Below are positions 1-13,184 of a stretch of DNA of 64,000 nt, piece by piece. This DNA is from Phoronis australis (lineage: Eukaryota; Animalia; Phoronida). The stretch lies in contig NMRA01000125.1 of assembly GCA_002633005.1 (NCBI GenBank), positions 1-64,000 of the forward strand, written 5' to 3'. How positions within the stretch are numbered: position 1 is the stretch's first letter; the number at the start of each line of letters is the position of its first letter. The translations under genes were made by a program, and so were the position numbers. The notes below the pieces were generated by a model. That model saw only the letters and a program-made list of their open reading frames with translations. It had not been told where the DNA came from and made no database searches.

Positions 1-291
1 CAGAGGTCTTGTTTTGGGTGAGTCGGGGCCGATTTGGAGGACTGGCGGTCATGTTGTTTCTCACACGTGTTCTGTCCACGAAGCGAACTTTTGATTTTAC
101 ATAACGTACTGTTATAAAACTGTCTTCAATGTGTTCCTTACTCAGTTGGGAAGTGGTGTCTGGGATTGTAGAGAATTTACTCTTTATTATTCCTTAAGAT
201 TAAGCTCTAGGCATATAATGTGGTGCTGTGACTAGCCACTTATAGAGCCTGGTCTCAAACAATAACAAACAATCAATTCTTTAGAGCCCCC

Positions 292-397
292 GAAATCAAG
301 TCGAATTTCTTTGAGGAACAATTGGAGACCAATTTCATAATGGCGGAAATCAAGTCTAATTTTACTGAGAAACAATTAGAGACCAATTTCATAACAG
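292..397. repeat. Degenerate tandem duplication, about 54-bp unit x2
   Basis: gaaatcaagtc...aacaattRgagaccaatttcataa occurs at about 292-340 and again at about 346-394. This explains the internal repeat in ORF 273..527. Confidence 0.75.
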
Positions 398-2011
398 CAT
401 TGTCTAAATCAAGAGTTATAGTTTGTGTGTTGGAAGGTGGTTTTATAGCTGCTATAACAAATTCAAAAATCTTCCTGCAAACAAATCCTCCAGCAAATTT
501 ATACACATAGCTTTTAGTTTTCTCCACTGAATAACGGGCGTCAAACTGATTCTCAAAATACGGGAACGTTGTATCCGACTGTTGCCCTATTATTAATAAT
601 TTATAGAAGATAATTAAGAAAACTCTGACAGGATTTTTGAAATTTCATCAAAAACTTGTTGTATTATTGACACTGGTGTTTGTATGCTATGAACGTGGTA
701 CATTTCGTTTTTGTTAATATTTATGAGAAAGACATAGTTACATGACCCAGTCAATCGGAGGTTGGCACAAAATCCTAAATTAAATTATACACAGCACTTA
801 GTACTTTTAAAAAATGTCTAGTATGCTTTTGCTAGTTGTAGCTTCATGCAAGCAGCTTCAGAGGAGCCTGGTGTGAAGTTAGCCAAATATCTGTATAATT
901 GGGTTTTAACTCAGTAAAAGTATATATTTTCAGACACTGGAAAGTCTGTTGAATTTGATTTTTGAGTTTATAGCAAACTGCCATTAATTGAGTCATGTGA
1001 TGTCTTTTAGAAATATGTAGTGAAAATAAAGGTACAATCATAGCAAAATAATGGTATCAATAACATGTCTAAATTTCGTTTGATATAAGTGCTCAAGGTG
1101 AAATGTCAAAAAACGTATTACAGTTTCTAAAGTATCATTTCCTTTTCGCTTGATGCAGATTTTGATTTTTCTTTTCGTAAAAATCACGGAAGCCCGACTT
1201 TTGTTAGGAACGTATGCAAAAGTAGAACATTTAAATAACATCTCCTCACAGCATTTTGGAGAACACTGCCTTAAGCGTGACATGTGAAAGTTTCGTTAGA
1301 ATCCTGAACCTTCCATGTTCCGAAGTTTGCCAAATTTTTAATGGCCCACGTAACCTTAACAAATTTGTCAGACAAAAGGACTGCAGTTTTACCAAATACA
1401 GAATGTGAACAAAGTTTTTTTTTTGATTTTCCCCGCCATTTGTGAAACAATTTCTGTTGATTGCTTACCTGTTGAATTATAATGGAGCCAATAGCGTCAT
1501 GAAACTGTCCATTGCCATTTTTTACCCAAATTCAGAGTGATTCTGATTTGGAGTTTAAGTCTTTGACAAGGTATGTCTTTCAATGAAAACCAATTTCCAC
1601 TTCTTCATTTTCCGTAGATAATTGCTCCCTTTCCAATGAAACAGAAATACAGCATTTGCAGGTTTTAGCCCTAACGTTCATCCTTTAACGGGCAACATTA
1701 CTTGAATGTGAAATAGGTCATAGGATTTTCACCGAGGTTGTAATAATTATCTCCAAAATTTATTTGGTTCCCGCTCAGTTTTAGCCTCAGTTGATGAGAA
1801 CTACTGTACGTTTCTGGCATTTAGTAAAAAGTTGTGTTGACGACTGTTCTTGTCACACTTTAAATCAAACTTGGGGTAATTTTGATTTCTTTACAGTTTT
1901 ATGTCTCATATTAAAGAAACTCGAATGTAAAAAAAGTTTTAATTTACTCTTCTTATTTCATTTACTTTGTCGCTATTTGATAACTGTTAAGAACGACCTC
2001 TGTTTTTACAG

Positions 2012-5000
2012 GACATTCCCGTCATCACTCAAATTCTTCGGTGTTGTCTTCTCTTGCGCCAATGGACCCGTGCTAGCTGGCATGATTGTCTTCAGGAACT
2101 CACTGGTTTTCCACGACTATGACCGACTTACCTCATTGTTCATCCACGTGCTTCCAGCTGTGCTGTCATTCACGTGTGTTCATAGTTCCGTCTCTTCTCA
2201 TAATTGTGCAAAACATTTCAAGCCAACATACCGGTACCTTCTCCCAAAAATCATTTGGCTTACCTCAAAATCCAACTGCTGCCTGCGGGTTTGGTAACTG
2301 ACTCAATTATGTTGCACAAACTTCAGAATTAATGAGATGCAGAATACTGGCAACATTGTTCCAAAGTTTTGGGTTGTAAAAATCATTTGTTCGATTTTCA
2401 AAATTAATAAACTTAAACGTTTACTTTTTGGGAACTATTCAAATATCTATTTAAAAACTTTGAAAACAAAAATTAAAAGTACTTTTTTCATCCCAGTGTG
2501 TTTATGATGGGTCTGATTACCTACATGTAGATTACGATCTGGCTATGCAACACAGTGCGGCGATTTGACTTGTGCTTTAGTTAGTGATCTATTCCACTAA
2601 AGAGTGCAGTGTAATTTGATTGGGTAGTGTGTCGTGGCTATAAGTTACAGCAATTAAGCCCTTCCATGAGTATTGTCTGTTTTGTGAGCAGTAGATGATA
2701 CTTTGGAACCAAACGATCATGTTTGCAAATTTCTTTCCAGTGTCCGGTGGCGGCCTGCAGAAACATCTCTTTATTGGTATACTTCATTCCAAAATGAAAC
2801 TTTTGCATCAATAGAGACCTCTATGGTTTGGTTGTTGGTATCTCCATTGTCGGTGTATGTTTTTCACAAGGTATGTGGCAGATTATGAGGCTAGTAAGAA
2901 GTTTCATGAGTTGAGTTACCAATTTGTTTTCATGCCAAACGTATAATGCCTCTGTTAGGATATGTTAATACAATCGAGCTGCCTCATTGACATGGGGCAT
3001 AATTTTTATTATTTTTATTTTTATTTATTTATTTGATATTCATTTTATTAATTTTATTTATTTAATGCAGGTAGCCCAATCTGTGTTGGCACATAATTTC
3101 TCACTGCAAACAGTTTGAATGGCACAGGATTTGGTTATTAACAATGTAGAATATAATAGAATTTATCAAAAATAAAAAAATTAAAAAGTCAAGACATCAG
3201 AGCTTTTGAGTTCATCACTTAGACATTACATTGACATAGCAGGTTCTGTTGCCAAAGTTGCTCTTGTACTGACCAATATCCATGAGGGCATTCCAGATGG
3301 TCTCGAGTACTGACATGATGAATGAATTTGATGTCATGGTTAGCGAATGCTCAAGGTCAAATTAACCTAACATCAAAGTCACAATACTGTGCTTGTGTGA
3401 AAGTGACATTGTGTTGATGGGTTTCGTGCTTGTCAAAAATGTACACCATCCTGTTACAATCCGAGTGAAAAAATTTGCAAAGGGACTACTCAAGTTTGTT
3501 TGACCTAGTTTGTTTGACCTAGTTTTGTTGGATTATGGTAAAATCTCACCAATTTCAGACAAAAAATTGCCAAAAATAATTTAGACTTTTCATTTTTCAA
3601 AGGCTTCTAACATTGTGATGACTGCCCACAATTTTCCAGAATTTTAATTTCTGATGGTGGCTGTGGTATAGATCTTTAAAAATGACATATCAAGTACTAG
3701 GTGCTGCTTATCTTTTATGAAAAAATGAACAAAATAAAATGTCACTTGTCCGCCATATTGTCTACTAAATTGGTGAGATTTTACTATACTTTTGCGACTC
3801 ATTTGTAATAAGCTTTCTTACAAAATGTCAAATCATCGCAAATATAAACCCAGCTTCTGTCAAAAAGACCAGCTTTTGATTTAAATGTCTCACATTATAA
3901 AACTAGTCTCAATCTTTTCCTTACTCAAACTAACGATTTTTGTGCTTGGAAAGAGTTGTCAGGTTGTTATTGTGTGAAGGAGAACATGCTTGCTTTATAA
4001 ATGGTCAATGGATCAGGTCAGCTTTGCCTGGTCTTGAGTTGTTTCTTTTACGTTTTGTATCAGTATGACATTACTGCCCAGAAATCGAATTAACATGTCT
4101 GGGTAACAGATAAACGTTACAAAACAGTAATAATAAATACCTGGATATACACTGTCATGTATATACACATGCTACAATGTACGTGTATGTCTTTACACGC
4201 GTTTAGTTCCGCAACAAAAGATACGCAAATAGTAGTTCATAATTTATGAAAACATACATATGTCATTGGGCAAAAAGGAAAAAAATATTATCTGGTATTA
4301 TTGGTAACAAAGTTATATGAAGAGGAGTTACAATGCACTTGAGTAATTGCGGAACTGAACTATTTACTCCAATGGCAGAGTGATTTAGGACTGACGTTTA
4401 TTTTTTCTCTTGTAGATTGCATACGTCACGTTGGTGTACATTGCTGTGGAACCTGGACCTGAATACTTAACTTCATTTTCTTACATTATTGGCAAGCAGA
4501 AAGGAATCCTATACAAAGCAATTAATCTTGGTGGTGAAAAGTAATAATTTTTTCATTATCCTTAATTTCTCATAATTGAGCACTGGTTAATTCAAATACA
4601 GTATAGTTTCCTGCAATCCGAACAAAAAAAATTGCCAAAATAGTAATTTTCCACCTTTTAAAAGCTAACTGTGTTGTTAAAAAGCTTGAATTTCATTGTG
4701 TATTTGTTGGTGGGAGTTTTACAAGATAAACTTTGGAAATTACAACGTAAAGTTTTCCTCCTGTTTGCTTTTGTTGTAAATTTTCACAAAATTGATTTTT
4801 CACTTGTCCACATGAGCATTGAGTTCTAAATAGAAGAAACTTCATGGTTATTTGTGCAATTTCAAACTATGTCTTTGTAGCACAACACGTCTCCGTGGGT
4901 TGTTTCCCAATTCTCAGATATTACTGTGTAGTGACTAGCACTCAGGCTACAAAAGTACATCACGTGACTTCACTGTCGCCAGTTTTGTTAGTAAGCGACA

Positions 5001-5699
5001 CCAAGCCTTATTGGCAGAAGCTGTCTGAAGCTATTTACTTGAATCCTTTTCTGAATGCACATATCCTACAGACTACAAAAGCTAAATCTGTTGTTGAAAA
5101 TTGAACTTTTTCATTTTTTGAACAATGACATTTGAATAACTGCAAGAGAAGAAAAGAGAAAGAACACGGTTGCAAGTGCTGTTCCTTTGTTGATATGTTC
5201 CTACCTCCACTGTCAGTGTAACCTGCTTGGGCACCACATTGGCGCTATTTGACTCCTGTGCACCACCGCTTGTCAGAGTGATCTTAATACCCCAAATAAG
5301 TCGTTGAAAAATGGTATGGGGCATCGCATCGTGACGCGAATATGAGCATTTTGATTAAAGCTTAAGTGAAGCAACCCTCAGAGGTTGTAATTTTCACACT
5401 GTCAAGTCTTTCTCCAAACTTTGGCCAGATACCATTGCAATACAGACCGTTAGCTAACTTTTCTATCTATGTTTCCCTCAAGGTATCGCCTACTCTTCTA
5501 CGCCTTGTGGGACTGCCTGCTCTGTGCTGTTCTAATGGGGCTCACTCGGCTTTATTTCGAATTCAAGGCCACTCACATCACAGTTCTAGTCCTGGGATTT
5601 GGCGTTATTCTATGGAATGGTGCTACCTTCTACATGGACAAGTTTAGTCACAAAGGATTCAAGGCGGATACTTCAGAACATTTCCGTAACGCCCACTGA
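2012..5699 (+). CDS. GPC1: Glycerophosphocholine acyltransferase (GPCAT, yeast Gpc1/DUF2838-like), 3' four exons; 5' exons unresolved or upstream of the window
   Basis: Exons 2012-2173, 2741-2870, 4416-4540 and 5483-5699 all have AG/GT boundaries and compatible phases, giving about 210 aa ending in TGA at 5697-5699. The protein is multi-TM hydrophobic with motifs ANGPVLAGMIVFRNSLVFHDYDRLTSLFIHVLP, VRW, YLTSF and WNGATFYMDKF, which match the GPCAT family from memory. The symbol refers to yeast GPC1, not glypican. Confidence 0.85.
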
Positions 5700-6159
5700 A
5701 GTAGCCAGAGTGCACCCTGGCTTCAAGTTCTGTGAATGACGTTTCAAGGTACGCTGAGGTAGTCCAGTAATGAAGCCCAATTGTTATGGTGGGCAACTTC
5801 AAAACTGTTTCCATTACAGACTCTCAAGTAGTCTACCTGTAACTTTGTCATCAAAATTTGAAGGCTGATACTTCCAACGCACAAGGAAAGCCATTGTGAT
5901 GTTGAGTATTTAACTGATGGAGTTGAGCCTAAGTTTTCCTGTAGTTGTTGTGTTATGGCTATTGTTAATGGTCATTTGTTGATGGAAGTCTTGTGCAGTT
6001 GGAGGTAGTTTTTAAAGAACTGATGCACGTAGTACTCCTGACATGAGTGTGTAGGAGATTAAGATTTTTAACTATACATGAAAAGTGTTAGTACATTATG
6101 ATCAAGTGTTACAGGATGATTAAATGTGTCTAAAATATTTTTTAGCATTATTTGTTAGT

Positions 6160-6289
6160 GTCAGGGAGTAGGCACTATGCAATCAGTCAGGGAGTAGGCA
6201 CTATGCAATCAGTCAGGGAGTAGGCACTATGCAATCAGTCAGGGAGTAGGCACTATGCAATCAGTCAGGGAGTAGGCACTATGCAATCA
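6160..6289. repeat. Perfect minisatellite, 26 bp x5
   Basis: gtcagggagtaggcactatgcaatca is repeated five times with no mismatch and no spacer. Confidence 0.97.
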
Positions 6290-6641
6290 GCGAATTAGTG
6301 TAAGCTCTGTTATTTTATTTTGGACCATAAGTGCACTCGCGTGACTCGAAATTCCTAGTCAAAGTCTTCGTTTGGCATATTACAAATGAGTTGCCACCCA
6401 CAGGCTTCAGTAAGGTAGTGGCGTTAAGACAGAATTTCCTAACAAAACAAGACATTCATGTTCATTATCAGGACAGTGTGAGTGGGTAACAGCATTAAGT
6501 TGGCAATAAAAGCACTGTCTTGCAATTTAAAGTTCCTGAAACCTCTGGCATGTTCATGTTATGGTGAAATTAATGAAGGACAGATAGATGGTTGAAATCA
6601 GTTGCGTAGCGCCTCCTTGAGTGATAATTGAATCAAAAGAA

Positions 6642-6993
6642 CTGGGCCTGGGATCTAGCTATTCTTTTTACTTGAAATTGAATTACTTTCGGCATTTTCT
6701 ATTCTGCATTAGTGTGAACCCAAGATATTATTCTATGCTGGAGTTCATAATGGCTTACGTTGATAACTTTCTAATCCTAGTTTGCACTTATAGTGACCCC
6801 AGCATTAAGGTTAAATGTTCGAGACTGATCTTGAAATCTCGAGTTTGTCGCACAATTCATCGGGATCATTGAGTGCAAACTTCAGTTAAAAACTCGTACG
6901 CATAAACTCACATACCTTGAGTGCGCACAAAAGTAAATGCCAAAAATAATTTCGACTTTGATTTTGAGTACAAAAGTTAGACCCCGGCCCCTG
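6642..6993. mobile_element. Foldback MITE family, copy 1 (related copies at about 14587-14966, 52495-52734 and 58884-59085)
   Basis: Imperfect inverted ends (ctgggcctgggatcta ... ttagaccccggcccctg). Shared internal blocks such as cccagcattaagg, gttcgagtctgaactcgaaat and atcaagtgcaaact recur across the four loci. Confidence 0.65.
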
Positions 6994-8065
6994 ATGTAGA
7001 ATAATTGCAGGGAGGAATGTGACTGCAGAAGTAGTCAGTTAGACACCCACTCATACCTTATGAAGGGTTCCTTATCAAAGGAGCTATTTTAGAAGGTGGG
7101 ATGAGCCCTTCAAAAATTAAGCTGCCTCAGCGCAATTGATAATAAAAGATGAAGCTTGCCTTTTAATTGGATATTCTTGCCAATTTTAGACGCATTTGTT
7201 TCTTATGTTTAAGATGAACGTGAAATGGTAACGTGTTTTTTCTGAAAGAGAGACCACTATTATCATTATACATTATCCTATATATATATATGCTAAAACG
7301 CACAATGTGACCCAAAAGTAAAACGCACAATATGACCGAAGAAGAAATAAATGTGTAAAATCTGTCCGATATTCATATTTAGTGCCAAAGAAAGCTGTCC
7401 AAACTTCATCGGCGCCCTACTTTAAGTGACCCTGCACTTGAAGAAGTCCAGAACTGAAATGGTGATGGAAAACAAGCCCTCGGTTATTAACCATGTTTTA
7501 GCTATGATAATATTGGCTTGTGTTGGGGCAAGTCTTCAGAACAAGTTACCCTTACTACCTTGATAAGGTGATGCAAGTGTATTGTCCTGAAGGGAGGAGT
7601 TTCTGTTCTAAGAAATTTGATTTGTGCATTCAGTTATTGAAAGGCATCTGTGATTAATCTTAAGATTTTGTTACTGAGTGTAAGTGCAAACCTCAGTTGA
7701 TGGATGGATTAAATTATGTATTTGGTTGTGTGTCCATTTGTATGTCTGCTTGTATGTGTCTGGTGTGGGCTTACTGCCTTGTTTGTACTGTATTTACTGT
7801 AGTTTTCTACTTCTTTAGAGATCAATATGGCGGACAAGTGAAATTTCATTTTGCCAACTGATGGAGTTGAGCCTGAGTTTTCCTGTAATTGTTGTGTAAG
7901 GGCTATTGTTAATGGTCATTTGTTGTCTTGTGCAGTTGGAGGTAGTTTTTAAAGATCTGATGCACGTAGTACTCCTGACATGAGTGTGTAGGAGATTAAG
8001 ATTTTTAACTATACATGAAAAGTGTTGGTACATTATGATCAAGTGTTACAGGATGATTAAATGTG

Positions 8066-8103
<38 letters not shown>

Positions 8104-9108
8104 TAAAACGCATAATGTGACCCAAAAGTAAAACGCACAATATGATCGAAGAAGAAATAAATGTGTAAAATCTGTCCGATATTCATATTTAGTGCCAAAG
8201 AAAGCTGCACAAACTTCACCGGCACCCTAATTTAAGTGACCCTGCACTTGAAGAAGTCCAGAACTGAAATGGTGATGGAAAACAAGCCCTCGGTTATTTG
8301 CCATGTTTTAGCTGTGATAATATTGGCTTGTGTTGGGGTAAGGGAGGAGTTTCTGTTCTAAGAAATTTGATTTGTGCATTCAGTTATTGAAAAACATCCT
8401 GTGATTAATCTTAAGATTTTGTCACCGAGTGTAAGTGCCAACCCCACTTGATGGGTGGATTAAATTATGTATGTGGTTGTGTGTCAATTTGTATGTCTGC
8501 TTGTATGTGTCTGGTGTGGGCTTACTGCCTTGTTTGTACTGTATTTAGATCTCCACTTCTTTAGAGATCAATATGGCGGACAAGTGAAATTTCATTTTGC
8601 CAAATTTCTCCATAAAAATAAACATTAAGAAAACTTATCCTTTTGTTAGCTTGTTTGTACCATGTAGATGTCATAATACAACATTTGGTTAAGTTATCAT
8701 AACTTGGTGCAAGGTAATCAGTCTATGGAAATGACCATTATTTTTGTGCAAAGTAACTGAAGAATTACTGTGTCTGCATGTTTATACTGTGGCTCTTTAG
8801 GAATTTTTTCCCTGTCATTATTAGACTTTCATTTGGAACTCTGTTATTGCTTCACTGAGTTACCAGCCTGTCCATTGTCACAGGCAAACACCAGTATGTT
8901 GCCATGTTTGTCATTTTATAACTCTGTGATAGATGAATGCCTGTCATTCGATTTTTATTTCATGTTTTTTGTATAGTAGTAACTTGGAAGAGAAGAGTGG
9001 CATGCAATGGTCTTATTTTTATCTGTCGTGTAATGACCACAACAAGGCTCTTCACAATGCAAACTTAGTTGGAGTCATTCGACTTGTTTGGGTATATGCA
9101 TTCGGTGT

Positions 9109-10972
9109 TGCATACAAAGAACCCTTCCATAGTATGATTCTAGTTCATACTAGAGTTGCTGGCCAGATCCTGGATAAATTTAACTCCACAATTTTTCTGG
9201 CTTGGTTCATTTTCGCAATGCATTTAATATGTGGAATACAGCCAAACCAAACACTCAGAACGTTACAACTTAGAGACATGGAACGCAAAAGTTCGTCAAA
9301 AATATCTTATATATGTGCTAACTGTGAAGCGATACTGAAGCTAGTTTACAATGAAACAACACATGTAGATGAGATAAAAGGTCATATATATTATGAAAAA
9401 CTAAACTACTACAGATATCGGTAATTACAAAAGTTATATAATATGTTAAACTGTAAAGGTGGGTGACAATCTTCCACAGATGCAGTGGAAAGATGCATCC
9501 GCTCACCTTATTTTAAACAGTTCCTGCATACAAATAACCCTTCCATAGTATGATTCTAGTTACTCTGCACGTGTAAGCGCAGAGTACTGTTGTTCCTGGG
9601 TTTTCTTCAATTTTACTCTTATTCTTCTTATTATTCTTCTTCCGACCAACTTTGAGGCTTAATAACTCCAAAATGGGTGCAGGTATGTTCTTTAAATTCT
9701 GCATGTGATTTTTGGCAGTACATAAATTTTGACTCGTTATATAATCATAATCCATATTGCACCGGAAGAGGTCATTGGTGCAAAGGTCACATAATTTTCA
9801 AAATGCTACTCCTTCTTCATTTTAAAAGCTATTCTTTTCAAATTCAGTGCACAGGTATAAGTCAATAAGCCAATTTAAAAAATTACTTTTCTAAGTAAGC
9901 GGGTCATCCAATCAGGTGAAATAGGTCAAAGGTCATTAGGTGCAAACTAAAATGTTAAGCTAGACACTTCAAATTGACAGTTCTGAATGGCACAGGCAAT
10001 TCAATTTGGAATCCAAAGTTTCAGGTCATTTAGTGCAAACATGGAGTCATTAGGTGCATTTTTCTTTTGAAAATTTGACCTTTTCAATCATCAAGTATTC
10101 TGATGTGTCAACCGTTAGACAACTGTGATTCTCAGCAGTAAACACCTTTTTATGGACTTTGCAATTATTCTCCCAAAGAAGCTTCTAATGCATCGGATAG
10201 GGTCAATTAGTGCAAAGGTCATGTAGCGTTTCAAAATGTTATATCTCTTACGTTTTTCAAGGAATTTTTTTCAGTTTCAGCACACTGGTGTAAGTCAACA
10301 TGCCAATTTTATACCCTACTTTACTTCGTAATAGGCCTAACCAATCAGAAAAAATAGGTCAAAGGTCATTGAGTGCAAACTAAAATTTTGAGCTAGAGAC
10401 TTCAAAATTACATATCTGTTTACTAAGTGCGATTGAGTTTGAATTCTAAATTTCAGGTCATTTGGTGCACCCATGGGGTCATTAGGTGCATTTTTCTTGG
10501 GAAAGTTTGACCACTTCATTCATCTTGTATTCTGAAGTGCTTAAAGTAAAACATCTGTGATTATTAGCATTAACCACACTTTTAATCAACTTAACAATTA
10601 CTCCCTCATCGGGCCTCATAATGCACCGGAAGAGATCAATTAGTGGAAAGGTCATCAAAAAATTAATATGTAATTTCTCCTACAATTTTAAAGAATTCCT
10701 TTTCATATTGCTAAACGGGTTGCTGTCAGTAACTTCCCATAATAATTCCAGTAATACGCACGCGCAGAGTCCGTTATTGTCACCCCGTGACAATAATCTT
10801 TCTAGTTTATACTAGCTTTGTTGGCCAGATCCTGGATAAATTTACTTCCACAATTTTCCTGGCTTGGTTCATTTTCGCAATGCATTTAATATGTGGAATA
10901 CAGCCAAACCAAACACTCAGAAGGTTACAACTTAAAGAGACATGGAGCGCAAAAGTTCGTCGAAAATATCTT
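9109..10972. repeat. Local direct duplication (about 9109-9308 versus about 9525-9561 plus 10807-10972); the second copy is interrupted by an insertion
   Basis: tgcatacaaa..aacccttccatagtatgattctagtt and the following atactag..ggccagatcctggataaattt..aaaatatctt are contiguous in copy 1 and split in copy 2. Confidence 0.88.
9562..10806 (+). mobile_element. Non-autonomous Helentron/HINE (DINE-1-like) rolling-circle element with internal tandem repeats
   Basis: 5' subterminal repeat actctgcacgtg (9562-9573) with a nearby partial inverted copy gcagagt (9579-9585), then a ttattcttc low-complexity tract. The 3' inverted subterminal repeat cacgcgcagagt (10759-10770) is followed by a perfect hairpin ttattgtcac-ccc-gtgacaataa (10774-10796) and a CTAG-TT end. 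Diverged internal units of about 430 bp start near 9759, 10190 and 10623. Confidence 0.8.
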
Positions 10973-13184
10973 TTATTTTAAACAATTCCTGACGAAAGTA
11001 CCATGTCGCAACAAATACTTGAGAGTAATTCACTTAACCCCCTGGTGGAAATTTCCAGAAAGAAATCACAAAATTCACGATTTTTGAAGTACCTCGAAGG
11101 AAAAAGTCTGTAGTTACCACAGAGTTTCTAATCTCCCTTCCACTTATGCGCACGTGTGCTCACAGTCAGTTGCTTTTGAAGATACTTGAAGTCAAACGTC
11201 ACATTTTCCATATTAAAGGAAATTTGCTAGGTCTATGTCTTACCATACCAAATAAGGAAACGTGCTTTGCCTTGTGAGAGAAACATCGACGAAGTGGCAG
11301 CAGTTGACAAATCTTTTTTTTTAATTCGAAACTAAAAGAAAATGCTTAATTAGTATCAACAGAAATTAAAAATCTTTCTAACATACCCAAAAAATACCTG
11401 GTGAGCAGGTTGAATTCTGTTTCAATAGCAGAGAACCACTTTCAATATTGAAATTTAGTCTGTTTATCACGTTTCAGGTCTATTTAAATATTCGTGGCTT
11501 TGCAGTCGTTCATGGGTTCTATAAAATATGGATAATCCAGAAAATGTCTCATGTGATGTGTAACTGTGTTGCGATTTCGGTGGATTTTATGGTAACGCAC
11601 ACTACAAATATCTGCCTGTTGTGTGACTCATTCTGCAACACCTACACCAATCTAGTCGGACCGTGATGAAGGCCTTATGCTTGTCACTATTGCTATTATA
11701 AAGTATTTGATTTTATTTCTTGTGATTCGCACAAGTAACAGGAAAGATTGTTGATATTTTAACGTGTACTTTGCGCAGTCCTCTCTGTGGTGGTTTTGAA
11801 GCGTACCTCAGTTGTTCGGTGTTGGCATCCGTGTGTGGTGTACGCCATTCTCGTAATGTTGGGTATAGAATATACAATCGGCCATATTTAGTTTCATTTT
11901 GACCATCACGCCGTGAGCACGCACGGCCGGGATTGAGAATGTCGAAAGGCCGGGAGGCATAATGAAGAAACCGCTGATGTCTGTCGGATAAGCCCCCCAA
12001 AACGGAATGCTGGCGGCATTTTGGTTTTAATGGGTGGGCGTGAGGTACCTGCCCCCCTCATGAATCCGCCTATTTGTTTCTATGTCCTATAATTTCAATT
12101 TTAGTAAAAATAAAGATAACATCTGGTTCATTTCTTATTGTCGCGTACGAGTATAAGAACTTAGGTCTATTTGCTTTCGGCCTTGTATGCGCGTACATCC
12201 GAAAACACATGTAGTCCCAAATGCGATTTTTCCGAGATGTTGTAATTGTTTCGTTGGAAAATACCGCCTGAGCTCCCCGGCACTACTTATAGGCGCGCTC
12301 GGCTGCGTGTACCTTCTATATGCGCCATGTTTGTGCGTATTTGTCGGTGTTAGTAAGCTGGACACACGTCAACCGTTTTGTAACGGAAGTCCTATATTTT
12401 CACTCACAAGTACTGAAAATCCGACAGCTCCCTTCGCAGCTAGACAACGGTGTTTAGCTTGCAAATAGACGCTCTCGGCTTCAATTTTCTTTCGTAGAAT
12501 TCTATAACGCAGCAAACAGTTTTTGTGGTGGAGCGCTCTCAATCATGAAAGAAAATTATGAATATTAGAATTAAAATTTGTAAATCTAGAAGAATTACCG
12601 GTACGCGAAAACAAAGCCCATGCAGCTGCGGCCTGACTTCCACGTGCAAATATGCACGTGCCGGCAGCCAAAAGCGGCCCAATCATCTTTTCCTTCGTAC
12701 TGTGATGATTGAAACTAGGAAACAATAAAGATGTGTTTGTTGCCTTTTAGATTGAAATAGAACTTAAAACCTCAATAGGCAAGGTGTTCTTGTAAAAAAC
12801 CCGTTAGACCTTAGACTCTGGCCTGGATCATACAAAGCACGGCGTGATAGGCCACGGAGCTTGAAGTACACTGCGGCCTAAATCGGTACAATATTATTAA
12901 TTAGGCCTGGCAGGTCTTTTGCGTTTAGTCGATTTTAAATTTGATGTTCTACGCAGGAAGCCAGACCCAGGCAACGCATATAACTCAACTGCGTCGTCTG
13001 TCAGTTATCGGATCTGTTGTAGCGTCCGTCTGCGACCTAGTTTTTAACCGACTGACCTTTGTTGTGTGTGAGACTAGTCTGTTATTCTTAACCGATAGTA
13101 TCGGGGTAATGTGACGACAAGCGAAATTAATCGGATCAAGTCAATGTCCAATGAGGCTATAAACGAGTGTCACGTGATTTTAAC

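Larger units (their letters stand above)
5912..8603. repeat. Head-to-tail segmental duplication 3' of the GPCAT gene (unit 1 about 5912-7855, unit 2 about 7856-8603)
   Basis: 5912-6133 matches 7856-8070, and about 7280-7857 matches about 8091-8603. Unit 2 lacks about 1.15 kb at a (TA)n tract (8070-8101) and lacks a further segment of about 55 bp. Confidence 0.9.

Noticed and set aside
1-2011. Upstream GPCAT exons (for example the donor-like gtgagt at 18-23)
   Set aside because: I could not assign a frame with recognisable GPCAT motifs (such as the expected DxCY segment), so no exon is called.
6160-6289. CRISPR-like array
   Set aside because: The units are contiguous with no spacers, there are no cas genes, and the context is eukaryotic.
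8933-9424. 163-aa ORF and its similar partner ORF 10787..10981
   Set aside because: The similarity comes from the local non-coding duplication; the copies differ by frameshifting indels and carry no known motif.
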